Below are positions 1 to 10,491 of a stretch of 64,000 nucleotides of DNA, one piece after another; the first letter of the stretch is position 1; every line of letters begins with the position of its first letter. Both the position numbers and the translations under genes were made by a program. The DNA is from Laetmonice hystrix (Eukaryota): the NCBI GenBank assembly GCA_965235115.1, contig OZ249436.1, positions 30,876,001 through 30,940,000 of the forward strand. The letters are read 5' to 3'. Below the pieces are notes generated by a model. That model saw nothing but the letters and a program-made list of their open reading frames with translations. It did not search any database and was not told the origin of the DNA.

Positions 1-238
1 TGTGAAAAGGGTGCAAAACACAGCCAGCTGCAAATCCCGGGGTCTCGGGATTTAAGTGTGTCATTTTCAGTGACTGAATTAAGAATTGGCGATTCTTTTT
101 ACAAAATACTGGCCAAAGCTACATAAACAGGTAAGGGACCTTTGGGGCATATCGGAGAACCGCAATGCAGACATATTATTGCTGAAACACAACGTATTAT
201 TTGAAATTCATGACATATTACCTTTAAGTCCGACTTAC

Positions 239-338
239 CAAAGCTGGCCACCATGGCATGCGATTCAGCTTGACCCACACAGGATCCCCTGGCTTGAAGT
301 AGGGAATCATCCTAACAGCTACCTTTAGTGGATCACAT
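239..338 (-). CDS. Exon encoding the N-terminal part of a PWWP domain (chromatin reader); gene continues left of the window
   Basis: Minus strand reads ctaacctttttttattacag | exon | gtaagt (branch-like CTAAC, polypyrimidine tract, AG acceptor, consensus donor). The open frame CDPLKVAVRMIPYFKPGDPVWVKLNRMPWWPAL contains the literal PWWP motif and the F.PGD.VW.K pattern. The internal ATG (MIPYFKPGD) could be the start codon. Confidence 0.85.
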
Positions 339-671
339 CTGTAATAAAAAAAGGTTAGATCTTATCGAATTCTGAATAGTTAAGGGCAATAATTGGATAG
401 TGTGCGGAAATACTAAAACAGAAGGCAGAAAAGATGTGGTTCAATAACCATCTCATCTTTATGTCCCCCACCCCCTGTTCTTCTCAACATTGCTTCCCTT
501 TACCTCAACTTGTCCATACTTTACACGACTAGAGATAAAATGGAGATCAATTTAAGATTATAATCTTTTTTTGTACCCGGATACCATTTGTGTTGTTTAC
601 GATTGTGTTCTATGGAAGTGCCATTTCCATTCAGTTCTAGATAAACAACCGTATAAACTCCTCAATAACTA

Positions 672-834
672 GCCTACCCACTGATATCCAAGTTGACCTG
701 TCCTATATCCCTAACCGGCATGATGGCCGGTAATTTTGCCTCCTGAGGAAGTGACTCATCATTTATTCATCTGACCAAACATTGCCGACCAGGCCTCGAG
801 TGCATGGCTGGGGGATCTCTACCGCCCCGCCCCC
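672..834 (-). promoter_or_regulatory. Candidate non-coding first exon and GC-box promoter of the PWWP gene
   Basis: Possible donor TGG|gtaggc (plus strand gcctac at 672-677) and a GC box ccgccccgcccc at 822-834 upstream on the minus strand. No transcript evidence. Confidence 0.3.
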
Positions 835-1898
835 TCTCCATTTTTATACAATTCTGGTAACTATACTAGTGCCTTATAAAAACCCTAAACACACTAAATC
901 TTTGCGTAAAACTACGTTACATTCACTGCCTGGAAAAATACTGATATTGTTATCAACGATGAAGTTAGTCCAGGTATCAAATTTCGGTTTCTACATTCCA
1001 GGTAACTAATTGATCTGTCCACCACATAATTTCCCTGTGTGTACCTAAGTGCACTCCTGTTGGGGTGTCTGCCTTATCAGAGCACAAACACACTCAACTC
1101 GACAGAATAAAAAAAAAGTCAGTAAGAGAAAAGTAAGAGACAGGTAGTCAGTTGTATGCGGCTAGGATGGCTAAGAATATTCCTTCTCCTTCTGTAGATT
1201 TTTTTGTGATGTTGTCATAGTGATGTGTACACACTATCAACAACACACTGATAGAATTATGTCCGAAGGACTGTAACCCTTGCTTTAGTTATGGTGCTAG
1301 AAGCAAATAAACCATGAGTGTTGACACAATCGTTTATATTGTAACATGGACTAATCGTTCATTCTATAGTACAATCGTTCATTTTGCTCTAGGAAGGCAA
1401 ACAGAGATCCCCGCTGCCGTTGCAGGCTGGTAGGATGGCTGCCATACAATACGCCGTTTGGTAGCTGGTTGGCCCTTCCAATCAATACCTTGGTTGGTAG
1501 GTAGGTGTTGGGTGAAGCTGGTGGCACTGGGTTCGATCCCTGCCTGCCTTGCCGCCAACAGTTACAGTACATCCCACATGTTACTTTGCCCTACCAGCAT
1601 CGGTCTACATACACATTAAAGCCTTAATAAAACTGGCAAACATCAGCCGGTCTGCGTAAATAGTCCTGTAGTATTCCCAAGCAGGGAGGTGGAAAATGTT
1701 GCCTACCAATGCTGCCTGGTTGCTATAGGCGCCAGACTGGAGTGTGTTGTGTGTGAGTGTGGGCAGTGACCCACTCCCTCCCCGACTAACATGGCAGTAC
1801 AGAATGGATGCATTTACCGTTCCCCACCCACCCCCTCACGCACATCAGCAACTTCCCCTCCTCCTACACCGCAAATAACATTTGGACAGATTTCTCAG

Positions 1899-3174
1899 CA
1901 CCTGCTGGTCTGATAAGCATAGGACCTGCACCAAAATGTGGCTAGATCTTTCTTCTATCACGGCTTGTGGAAAGCTGCTGGAGATGCAAGAACAGATGCA
2001 AGAATATCTCGAGAAAGCTGGTACGTTATGATAATCAGTTGGCAGCGGGTGTGTGGTAATACCAGTCAGGCATGCTATATAAGCGGCCTGGTATCCCTAT
2101 ACTTATGGGAGGTCCGTGGCCACTTGCAAACCAATATGCTTCTATGGATTCACTCTCTATGTGATTACTCTAATAGTAATTCATAGTGCACTGTTATAGA
2201 ATACTTGGTACATGTATGTGCTCATCCGGCAATGGCGATCTTGACCTCCTTTTGTTAACATTTGTAATTTTGATGATTAAAGTCAACCCTTGTACATGTA
2301 TACTATATGCAATTTGACGTTTTATTTTGGTATTTTGTAACATAATTTACTTAACTACTTAACTGTAACAGTTCAAACCAAGCTATCCCAAGTCAAAAAA
2401 ATTAAATAACCTTACTTCTTTTTACATCTTCTGCAGTAATTTTTATGACATGCCTGCAGTTTTACAGCCCCAGGAATTCTACATTTATTGGAGAAAGCGT
2501 ACTGTACATTGTTAACACCTCGAACTCCTGTTCCACTATATCCGGCCCCTAACATCTCTGCTCACACCTCAGTCATGGAAAAAAATACGGGACCCTTGAA
2601 TCTGCCGGTGCTTCTGCTCAGCGAGTATCTGATGATGACTCCAAGAGGATGGGAGCGAGCACCAGTCAACAACTGCACCCATTCTCCTGCAGCCCACGCG
2701 TTAGCTTAGTGACTGTTTTTAAGACACCAGAGTCTCTTACACATTCTGCCACAAGCTGTTATTTGTGCTTTGATCATACCGGGGGGGGGGGGGGGGGGGC
2801 TGACAAGAAGTCGCTGAAACACTTTTCATTTAGAACTCTTTTTTCTCACACAGTTAAATATGACCCCTATACCGCTAAAAGGTTGTCTCACCTGTCGCTG
2901 TCGCTGTATTAATATGTCGGTCATGATGTGTTGAAATACTACGATCAAGTTTTATAATAGAGTTTAACGCTCAAAACACAATCTCAATATGCAACATAAT
3001 ACATCCTCTTCCCAAGCACATACTGGTACTGCTATTTCGTTTCTTGTCAAAACTTCCTTTAAGAAATTTCAAAGGTTGCAAGTTATATAATTACAGCCCA
3101 GCTTCGATCTTCTAACTTGTGTAAGGTTACCCCTGTGCCCCGTACATAAGGCGCTGGAAAACACACCACAGGAA
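1899..3174 (+). CDS. Candidate multi-exon coding gene of unknown product (exons 1899-2020, 2468-2498, 2573-2699, 3097-3174)
   Basis: Four AG/GT-bounded segments chain in frame with compatible phases: TCWSDKHRTCTKMWLDLSSITACGKLLEMQEQMQEYLEKA, APGILHLLEKA, HGKKYGTLESAGASAQRVSDDDSKRMGASTSQQLHPFSCSPR, PSFDLLTCVRLPLCPVHKALENTPQE. The acceptor at 2572 has CTAAC plus a pyrimidine tract. Two donors (gtactg, gttagc) are weak and no domain is recognised. Confidence 0.35.
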
Positions 3175-3889
3175 GTAAGACTTGCCTTTGGTCTGACCCT
3201 GTGGGAAGTCTGGGGGTGCAGGTCACCAGACGTGTAGGAATCACATGCCTGCACAGCGTTTGGAAGAAACTCATGTTATGACAACCATAAGTGACAGACC
3301 CCGACGGTCCGAACCGATTCTTCACATGCCCAGTATCATAATTCATAACACCTCAGATAGCGGAGAGTGAGGGCAACTGACCAACAGAAATCCCTCACTA
3401 GTAATTCTGGAAAATCTCTTTTTAACAAGTATGCCCATCTGAATCGGCCACATTTCATGGTAATGGACTGAATGGTAATCTGAAGTTGGTGCTGACAATT
3501 TTTAAAAACCGATGTGAAAACTGTACAAAGATGGGTTTTAAATATTTTGTACTCTCTAGATGCATTGCAGCTGAAATAACATCCTGTTAAAAATATGTAG
3601 GAATCCCGAGTCGAATGATGTACCATACCAAGCAAGGGTACAAAGACTTATAATGTAACTATTTTTCAAACCCAACCCAAGCACCCCAAACATGTAATAG
3701 AACTGGGATTTTGAGCAGAGAAAAACATTATATTAATGCTATCCCGACATTCAATCCAGCATGCAGACGTGCATGCCATTATAAGACACCTTTTCTTACA
3801 TTCCAACTTATTTGACTGATAAAAGCTACAGAAGAAGCTCCTTTTTCCACATAGCGACAAAAAACAAGTCTTTTGTAAAATATGTAAAT

Positions 3890-3895
3890 TTTATT
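3890..3895 (-). terminator. Candidate polyadenylation signal (AATAAA) of the P4HA-like gene
   Basis: Plus-strand tttatt equals AATAAA on the minus strand, about 380 nt after the stop codon at 4278. Confidence 0.45.
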
Positions 3896-4277
3896 TCATT
3901 TCATGACAAAAAAACTTTATCAGACCAATACTGCAGTTTATATACTATTAAGGCTCTCATGGTGTTGGAATGTATACAACATCATCATTACAGTGTGTAT
4001 AATGTAATCTAACCGTACCAAGTCCCCTTATACTAGTTATAGTTAATGCCGTGCCGTGCTGTGGAACCACATAACTATTCCTCTCCTGTCCAGTTCCTAT
4101 CATGAAACTACTTAGACTCAGTTATGCACACCCAGCCAACTTTGACTTCTGAGTTCAGTTAGCAGTGTCTCAAGCTTAGTAAGCACGGAGTCAGCCAGGT
4201 TTCTGTCACATTGAGACATGAAACAAGTCCTCGTAGTACCTTTTTACTGCTGTTATTCATCCAACTAGCACCAACCT

Positions 4278-6074
4278 TCAGTCGTCAGGAAGCAATGCAC
4301 AAGGTCTGTGGAGCTCCTGCCCAACTTCATGAAACCACTTGTTAGCCACCCACTTTGAGCCAACTATTACGGGGCAGGCAGCGTGCCTACTACGGTAATC
4401 TTTACTTCCAGATCTCCTCAGGTTGAACCAGAGAACACAGGCGCCTTCCTCTGGCTGTACTGTCACCCCTACCTCAGTAAACACAGTGGCTCCCCCTGAC
4501 GGCACGTCAGAGAGGTAACACAGGACAGTGGCCAGTCGGTTCCCGGTGTCCCAAAGGGAGGCGCTGTCCTCCACAAAATCAAAATGTGGGTTGTAATGGC
4601 CCCCTATACCATAATTCAAAACCTGTAGGTCCTCTGCTGTAGTTGTACTGAGGTTGGCTATGGCTGCCATTTTGTATGAGCTTTTGGCTATCAAAGGGTG
4701 GTCAGTGTCACTCAACCATGCTGATTTACTTGTTCTTTCAGCTGACCGACTGAAGGTTTCTGATGAGTACACCAGAGACGTTCCCAAATGTGGTTCAGCA
4801 GTTAATCTGATTGCCAGGACTTCAGAACCAGAGAGGGCGTTATGGTAGAGGAGGATTGGTGGATTGGCACTGCTAATGGTTTCTTCCTTCAATGGTGCCA
4901 ATATAAACCAGTCCGGATGGCAGCGGAATCGACAGGTCTGACTGGACACCTGAGACACCAATGGTGCGCGTCCACTCAGGCCACCACGACACAGCTCTTC
5001 ATAAGTCTGCCTTTCTTCAATAACTTCAGATCTGTCTTGAGCTTCAGCGAAGTCTGTCAGTGTCACCCCATCAAAAGCTTCCGTCACATCCCTGTTTTCA
5101 CCATATATTTGGCCAGGTTTATAAGACTTAGCTGCAGCATCTTCGGATGGCTTCACTCTACCAGACAGCTGCAACCTTTCTTGTTTCAATCTCCTCTTAT
5201 AATATTTATGAGCTGATTTCGCCTCAGCATGGCTTGGACATGCCACGACCCAGGCTTTGGTCAGTGACAAAGCCTCTGCCGTGTGTCCTTGAAGATACAG
5301 TGAATCTGCTAAGTATTTGAACAACATTCCTTGATTGATGACTTGAGCCATGGGCTTGAGTTCTTCACCAGGGGTCCGACTGGTATCACACGAGGTAGAT
5401 GCTGGGTTCTCCGTCTCTTCATGTCCAATAGGACGACCAACTGTTCCACCCTTCTGCAGTTGCTGCATCACTTCATAAAGCCAGAGAGTGCTCTGGAAAT
5501 ATTTTTTATGTTCATAAGCCACGGAGCCTATGTCAAAACAGTCATTTACAGAGAGTGACAATGTCTGCCCCATGTTTCCGGGCAAGTTTCCTAACAACAT
5601 GTCACTAACTGACAAGTCATAGGTCTCCTGTAGCCGTAAGAGGCCAAGCGCAGCGCCCCTTACGTCCGTCTCCACGGGGTATGACCTCAAGATGGATCCA
5701 AGGGAATCCACCAGGTTGGGGCCTCCCTCCTCCTCCAGTATCAAAGTCCGGGCCTGCCGCCAGTGACTCACCAGGTCTTTGATCACAAGGTAATTATTCA
5801 CGGGGTGGTGAAGAAATCTGTTGTCAGTCCTTTCCAAGTACATCAGGCTGTTTTCTTCCAATGAGTCTGCTATCCGTTTGAAAGCCTCCGCCCGCCTGCT
5901 TCCCCCAGGCGTCCCGTGCCGTGCGTGTTGTCTGAGCTCGGCGACGAGGGAGAGACCCTCTCGGAGTGCCTTCTCTACACCGGCAACCGAGGTAAACACC
6001 TCGGGTAATGCCGACGGCGGCAGGCACACGAGGAGCAGCAAGGATGAGGAGGCAAGGGAGAAGACAGCGTCCAT
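4278..6074 (-). CDS. P4HA: Prolyl 4-hydroxylase alpha subunit-like (collagen P4H alpha family), 598 aa, whole CDS in one exon
   Basis: Signal-peptide-like N-terminus (MDAVFSLASSSLLLLVCLPPSALP) and P4Ha_N motifs (HPVNNYLVIK, GAALGLLRLQETYDL). TPR-like region (DCFDIGSVAY, YLADSLYLQG), YEELCRG. Intact 2OG-Fe(II) oxygenase motifs: NYGIGGHYNPHFD (HxD), GNRLAT, GGATVF, RHAACPV (distal His), KWVANKW (2OG-binding Lys). A splice acceptor (ctcctctaccatcaacag) lies 7 nt before the ATG. Confidence 0.95.
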   Translation of the reverse strand: MDAVFSLASSSLLLLVCLPPSALPEVFTSVAGVEKALREGLSLVAELRQHARHGTPGGSRRAEAFKRIADSLEENSLMYLERTDNRFLHHPVNNYLVIKDLVSHWRQARTLILEEEGGPNLVDSLGSILRSYPVETDVRGAALGLLRLQETYDLSVSDMLLGNLPGNMGQTLSLSVNDCFDIGSVAYEHKKYFQSTLWLYEVMQQLQKGGTVGRPIGHEETENPASTSCDTSRTPGEELKPMAQVINQGMLFKYLADSLYLQGHTAEALSLTKAWVVACPSHAEAKSAHKYYKRRLKQERLQLSGRVKPSEDAAAKSYKPGQIYGENRDVTEAFDGVTLTDFAEAQDRSEVIEERQTYEELCRGGLSGRAPLVSQVSSQTCRFRCHPDWFILAPLKEETISSANPPILLYHNALSGSEVLAIRLTAEPHLGTSLVYSSETFSRSAERTSKSAWLSDTDHPLIAKSSYKMAAIANLSTTTAEDLQVLNYGIGGHYNPHFDFVEDSASLWDTGNRLATVLCYLSDVPSGGATVFTEVGVTVQPEEGACVLWFNLRRSGSKDYRSRHAACPVIVGSKWVANKWFHEVGQELHRPCALLPDD

Positions 6075-6532
6075 GGCTTGCCTGTTGATGGTAGAGGAGC
6101 ACTTTAATACACACAGCCGGCCACTTGGGATCCATTATAACCATTCTTCCTTAAAAACGCTACGTCTACCTGTCACCTACTGTTACCGATCAGTTATTGT
6201 ATTTTCATTTTTATCATAAAACGTGTACCCCCTACATTTTTCAAAGATAGTAGTTTGTCCTGATGTTATTTTGTATAGATTGCACTCAATATATAGTAGC
6301 ATATTTATAACAAAAGTAGAGCATTCCTATGTGCAAAATAAGATTTACATAAATAATCCGGAAAGTTATTGCGTAAGTCTCTCATATATAATAGGTGTCC
6401 ACGCTTTACTATCTATAATCCGCTCTAAGTACTTTTCTCTGTCAGAAAACTAAACTTTCAATGTTCTTATACCTTTTGGCATCTTTGCAAACAGGTGCCA
6501 GCACAATCACTTAGTCTTAGTGTCGAACATTT

Positions 6533-6548
6533 ACGCTAGGGGGCAGCA
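6533..6548 (+). promoter_or_regulatory. CTCF-like motif
   Basis: acgctagggggcagca matches the CTCF core CCRCYAGRKGGCRS except at the 5' edge. Confidence 0.5.
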
Positions 6549-6561
6549 CCTTGGCGTATTG

Positions 6562-6571
6562 TGCCACGTCA
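6562..6571 (+). promoter_or_regulatory. CREB3/XBP1/ATF6-type UPRE (TGCCACGTCA, i.e. TGACGTGGCA on the minus strand), containing an HRE core
   Basis: Exact TGCCACGTCA in the 5'-UTR intron of the P4HA-like gene, with a near-copy TGCCACATCA just downstream at 6580-6589. Confidence 0.45.
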
Positions 6572-8194
6572 GACACATTTGCCACATCACGCTGAGGTGT
6601 TTTGATACGCATTCCTTCAGAGTAGAGTTCGATGGAACAAAGCCCTCTTGACCATTCTCTATCTCTCCCCATCGACTAAAAAAAGTTCAAAATCCTACTT
6701 CTGATCTAGGTCACAGACTGGCATAGATGACAAGTGATAATAACGTGAAGAAGCATGATAATAAACAGTTGATGATAACACAAAAGAAAATGAAAGTAGG
6801 CCTACTTAAAATGCTGCTATTGATTTGACAGGCTCACTTCCAGAAAATGTCAGCTCTTGGTCTATAACTATTTATATTCTCCTAACAATTACGTTTGTGT
6901 TAAAATCTTGTCCTCTAGAACTTATTTTTATTGGGAATCACTGGAAAAAATTCTCTTCGATTACTATCATCAATTTACATTAACATGTAAACAAACATTT
7001 GTTAAGACTTGTAAATCACATGTTATCGTCCAACGTTTTTGATCCAGTCACAAGTGTTGTAACTAACGGCATCTTTATGTTTCCTAATGCCAGGATAAAA
7101 ACTATTTCAGAACAGATACTATGTTCCATTGACAAAAACGTTCCTCACTCCGCGATTTTTTCCCTCACATGAACATTTGAAGAATCTTTCATCCAAGACA
7201 GTGGATTCAACCTTGGTAAACCAAAGCGATCCTTCATTCAGATCCATTTCTTTCAATTTTGTCCCCTTTCATTTCTGGCAAGGTTTTTCCTATTTGTCTT
7301 CAGACACGCTTTGCTCCATCCGGTTAAAATAAGCCTATTACCTTTTGCTTTCTGACTTTAGGTTGCTGAAGTCACAAAGCCACAAGCCCTTTTTTTTAAA
7401 TTGTGACCGTCACAGTTTTTCTTTGCCTCCTTTATTTCTTTGTGGAGCAGTCTGCATACACCTGGCTGCTATGAGTTTTTATTACCTACTACATGTACCT
7501 GTTTTTACGAACTTGCTAATTTCCTTATTTCCCTTGAAGGCATCAGAAGACTTTCCCACCTAACCTTCAAGTTGTCTTTTTTTCTTTTTTCAGAAAGCAA
7601 TACGAGGTACATACGACAAAGAAAATTTAGTAAGGATCTGAGAACTTTCTGAGAGTGAGACAAAAACTGCAATTTCAATACCAATATCTCCATTCTTTGG
7701 TAGCCCTACTACTTTAAAAAGTTAAAAAAGTTAAACATTTAGTTTAGCATTAATTTGTTTGTAAATGGTATTCTAGTCAGTACACATGTACCCACAATTT
7801 TTATCATATTATACAATACGGTAACTTTGTTTGAGACACAGCAGTCTCACACGATCTTTCAACAAGTGACCTCAACATGTTCTATAAAAAATATTCCCTA
7901 TGAGTATGACTTTTGGTATTTTAAAATGGTAGAGACGAATTGAAATGGTCAAAATCTACGAGCAGCATTGCTTTCTTTCTTATCGAGAATGTTCAATATC
8001 ATTGATCACTGTGGTTATTTCCGATTCCCGATCGCCGCATACCGCTACATGTACGTACTAGTTTTCTTTCTTCCTGAGCTCTCAGGGAAGTGGTTCTAAT
8101 CCTATGCAGCTACGTTGTATAAATCTGCACAAAACTCAGATCAGAAACATTTCATAAATTGGCAGATTAACCACAGACAAGTGCACCTTGCTAA

Positions 8195-8335
8195 ACTTAC
8201 AGCAGTGGTCGATTTCACATGGTCCTCGGTAGGCAGAAATAAAGCGAGGTAAACCATCATTGGGCGGGACTCTCGTTTTGTTTATATTTAGAACTAACTT
8301 TCTGGTACTCTGCAATCTTCTAACTGTGATTGGCT
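8195..8335 (-). promoter_or_regulatory. Candidate alternative promoter and short first exon of the P4HA-like gene
   Basis: On the minus strand, in order: CCAAT box (AGCCAATC, 8328-8335), ATATAAA (about 8281-8287), GC-box/CCAAT element (gtcccgcccaat, about 8259-8270), then a consensus donor GTAAGT at 8195-8200. Confidence 0.4.
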
Positions 8336-9303
8336 AAATCAAATTTTGACACAGAACTGTCGTGGTCTGTGGCAGACTTCATCACGTTCCCCCTGCTAAG
8401 TATAGGTGTTCTATTTATAAATTCTATATAAAGTTAGGATGATTGTTGACTAAACTTGTTTCAAAATTCTGCTCCTGCAGTTAAATAAAAGCCAGGGGTT
8501 CTGTCCAACATAAAATCCATTTGTTTACAATCAAATGTCATCTAGCTGTTTAGGACAGGTAGTTGGTATTTGGTACAATCAGCTCAATCGACCAGTTTGA
8601 ACATGAGAATATCAACTCCAACATGGTACAAAATTAGCAATTTTGAAGCTATAATGTCCTGAACATATTTTTCAATTTGAGCCATTTTTGCATACTGGTG
8701 AAGTTGAAATTTAGTCAGTGTAACTAAGGGAAGCCATCATTTGGAAGTTCTAAACCTTATGTAAGATACAAAACGATATCAGTTCCCAGGCCTCTTATCT
8801 AGATGTAAGAGAACTGTGAAGCAACAAAAAAACAATGTCAACATTCTCATGGAATTGCCCAGGTTCCGCAGGACAAAGCTCTGGACGCTCTATAACTGGC
8901 TATATCTGTAAACGTTTCCTCATTTGAACCAAATTATTTAGGTACATCACATGATGTTTTTGTCAGGTTTGGGGCCATTATAAATCAGACCAGTCAAGAA
9001 ACACATAGATCTCTGTTACATAATCATATATGACTGATGATCAATAATTCTGAAAGCTGATCATATTCTAAGCAAAGTCCCGTTTCTTGACACTACTGAT
9101 GATTGCATTCACAGAGATCAGGACTAGCTTTATATCTTAAACATCCCGGAACATGTTCAAAATAAATATTTCATTTCATTTATAATTATTCCCGCGAAAA
9201 ATCAAGACACAACAAGACACAACTCACAAAATGCATGTTAATGAAAGCAAGGCTTTATCCTGATATTTTTCCCTTTTGACTCACCAATTCATCAAGATAA
9301 CGT

Positions 9304-9746
9304 CAGGGGTCGATTTCGACGGGAGTCCGTGAGTCCGAGACTGCCAAAAATCAGGACGGACTCCTCGCAGCCACCTGACCATGAGTCCGACTGTCTCCTA
9401 CATATTTACACATAGATTGATGCGGTTTTTAACCCAGGATAAGATAACCCAGTCTCAGTCAACCCAATATCTGCTACTCAGCAGGGGTCACAAGACTGAT
9501 ATGTTTCACCCAGCCCCCCCTCCCCCCCCCCCCCATCGTGGCTTGATTACTCAAATGCCAAATTATTATGGCATTTATAACAGTTAACACCATCTGTAAA
9601 ATAGTCAGTTCTTTCTACATCCAGTGGCGTTGTATTCCCCATATACATAGGATAGTGAACTCCCACATTTCTTTGGCGGACTCCTAAATTTTGTAACTTG
9701 GGAGTCCTGCTGACTCCTAAATCATCACGCACAAAATCTACCCCTG
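9304..9746. mobile_element. Non-autonomous TIR DNA transposon, hAT-like
   Basis: Terminal inverted repeats CAGGGGTCGATTTCG and CAGGGGTAGATTTTG (13/15). Several subterminal GAGTCC/GGACTC motifs at both ends. No intact TSD seen. Confidence 0.6.
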
Positions 9747-10019
9747 TAAGGCCAGACTTAATTAATATTTCGGTTTATGCAAATTTTTGGACAGAGGACA
9801 AGGTCGGTAGTGAGAAAAAAAAGGGCAATTGACTATTTTTAATCAACGTCTTATTTACATTGACAATTTAAGGTCGGTAGGTGGTAAAAACAAAATGTAT
9901 GAATGGGAAGAGTTTCTTGTTCACAATAGAACAAACAAATCAAGTCATTTGCAAAAATTAGCACAAGATCTCGTGTCTGTGACTGAAGAGTTCTAAGGTA
10001 CCCAAATAGTGCCAAATAG

Positions 10020-10152
10020 CAGGGCGTGGCATCCTGCCTAAGTTACAAACCACTGCCCTGCCCTTTAGAACAGTGTCATTACTGTTATTCCGTTTTGAAG
10101 AATGCCCTGCCCCTGTCAGACAGCGCCCTGCCTCTGTTAGCAGTGCCCTGTC
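10020..10152. mobile_element. Probable truncated end of a hAT-like element
   Basis: Begins CAGGGCGTGGCA and is followed by four copies of (T/C)GCCCTG(C/T)C, as in subterminal repeats. The other end was not found. Confidence 0.35.
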
Positions 10153-10333
10153 AACCCCATTAAGTACTATAAAGTTTCCAGGAAATGACCCAGCTGTTAC
10201 AGAGACCTCAAAGAAACAGTTCAGTCATTTCCGGGTCTATCTGACCTGCATCTACCATACAAGCTATCAAAACCCTTGTGAGTTATGCCAATGAATTTGA
10301 TATCAAATTCAATGAATCAAAAAGTAATACATG

Positions 10334-10491
10334 CAGGGTCGTAGCCTGGGGGGCCCCTCTGGGATTTCCAGGTTTTTTTTACCCACACCCCATCTCAACC
10401 GGCAAAATGACACACTATCACGTGGTAGGCCTATCTGGTAATGTTCAGGGGACAATGTCCCCCTGGGATTTTCGGCCTGGCTATGGCCCCG
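10334..10491. mobile_element. Short TIR element (MITE-like)
   Basis: Imperfect inverted termini cagggtcgtagcctgg ... cctggctatggccccg (about 12/16) with G/C-run interior. Confidence 0.45.

Noticed and set aside
705-920. Possible AT-AC (U12) intron
   Set aside because: The donor ATATCCCT deviates from ATATCCTT and no TCCTTAAC branch site is present.
1500-1545. GGGTTCGATCCC as a tRNA gene
   Set aside because: Only a B-box/T-loop-like word; no cloverleaf. At most a decayed tRNA-derived SINE head.
4654-6219. Plus-strand and alternative-frame ORFs overlapping P4HA
   Set aside because: Antisense or shadow frames of the GC-richer P4HA CDS with no recognisable domains.
9139-9158. Second p53 element (AAACATCCCG-GAACATGTTC)
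   Set aside because: The first half-site lacks the essential core G; isolated half-sites at 14010, 39016 and about 43525 are expected by chance.
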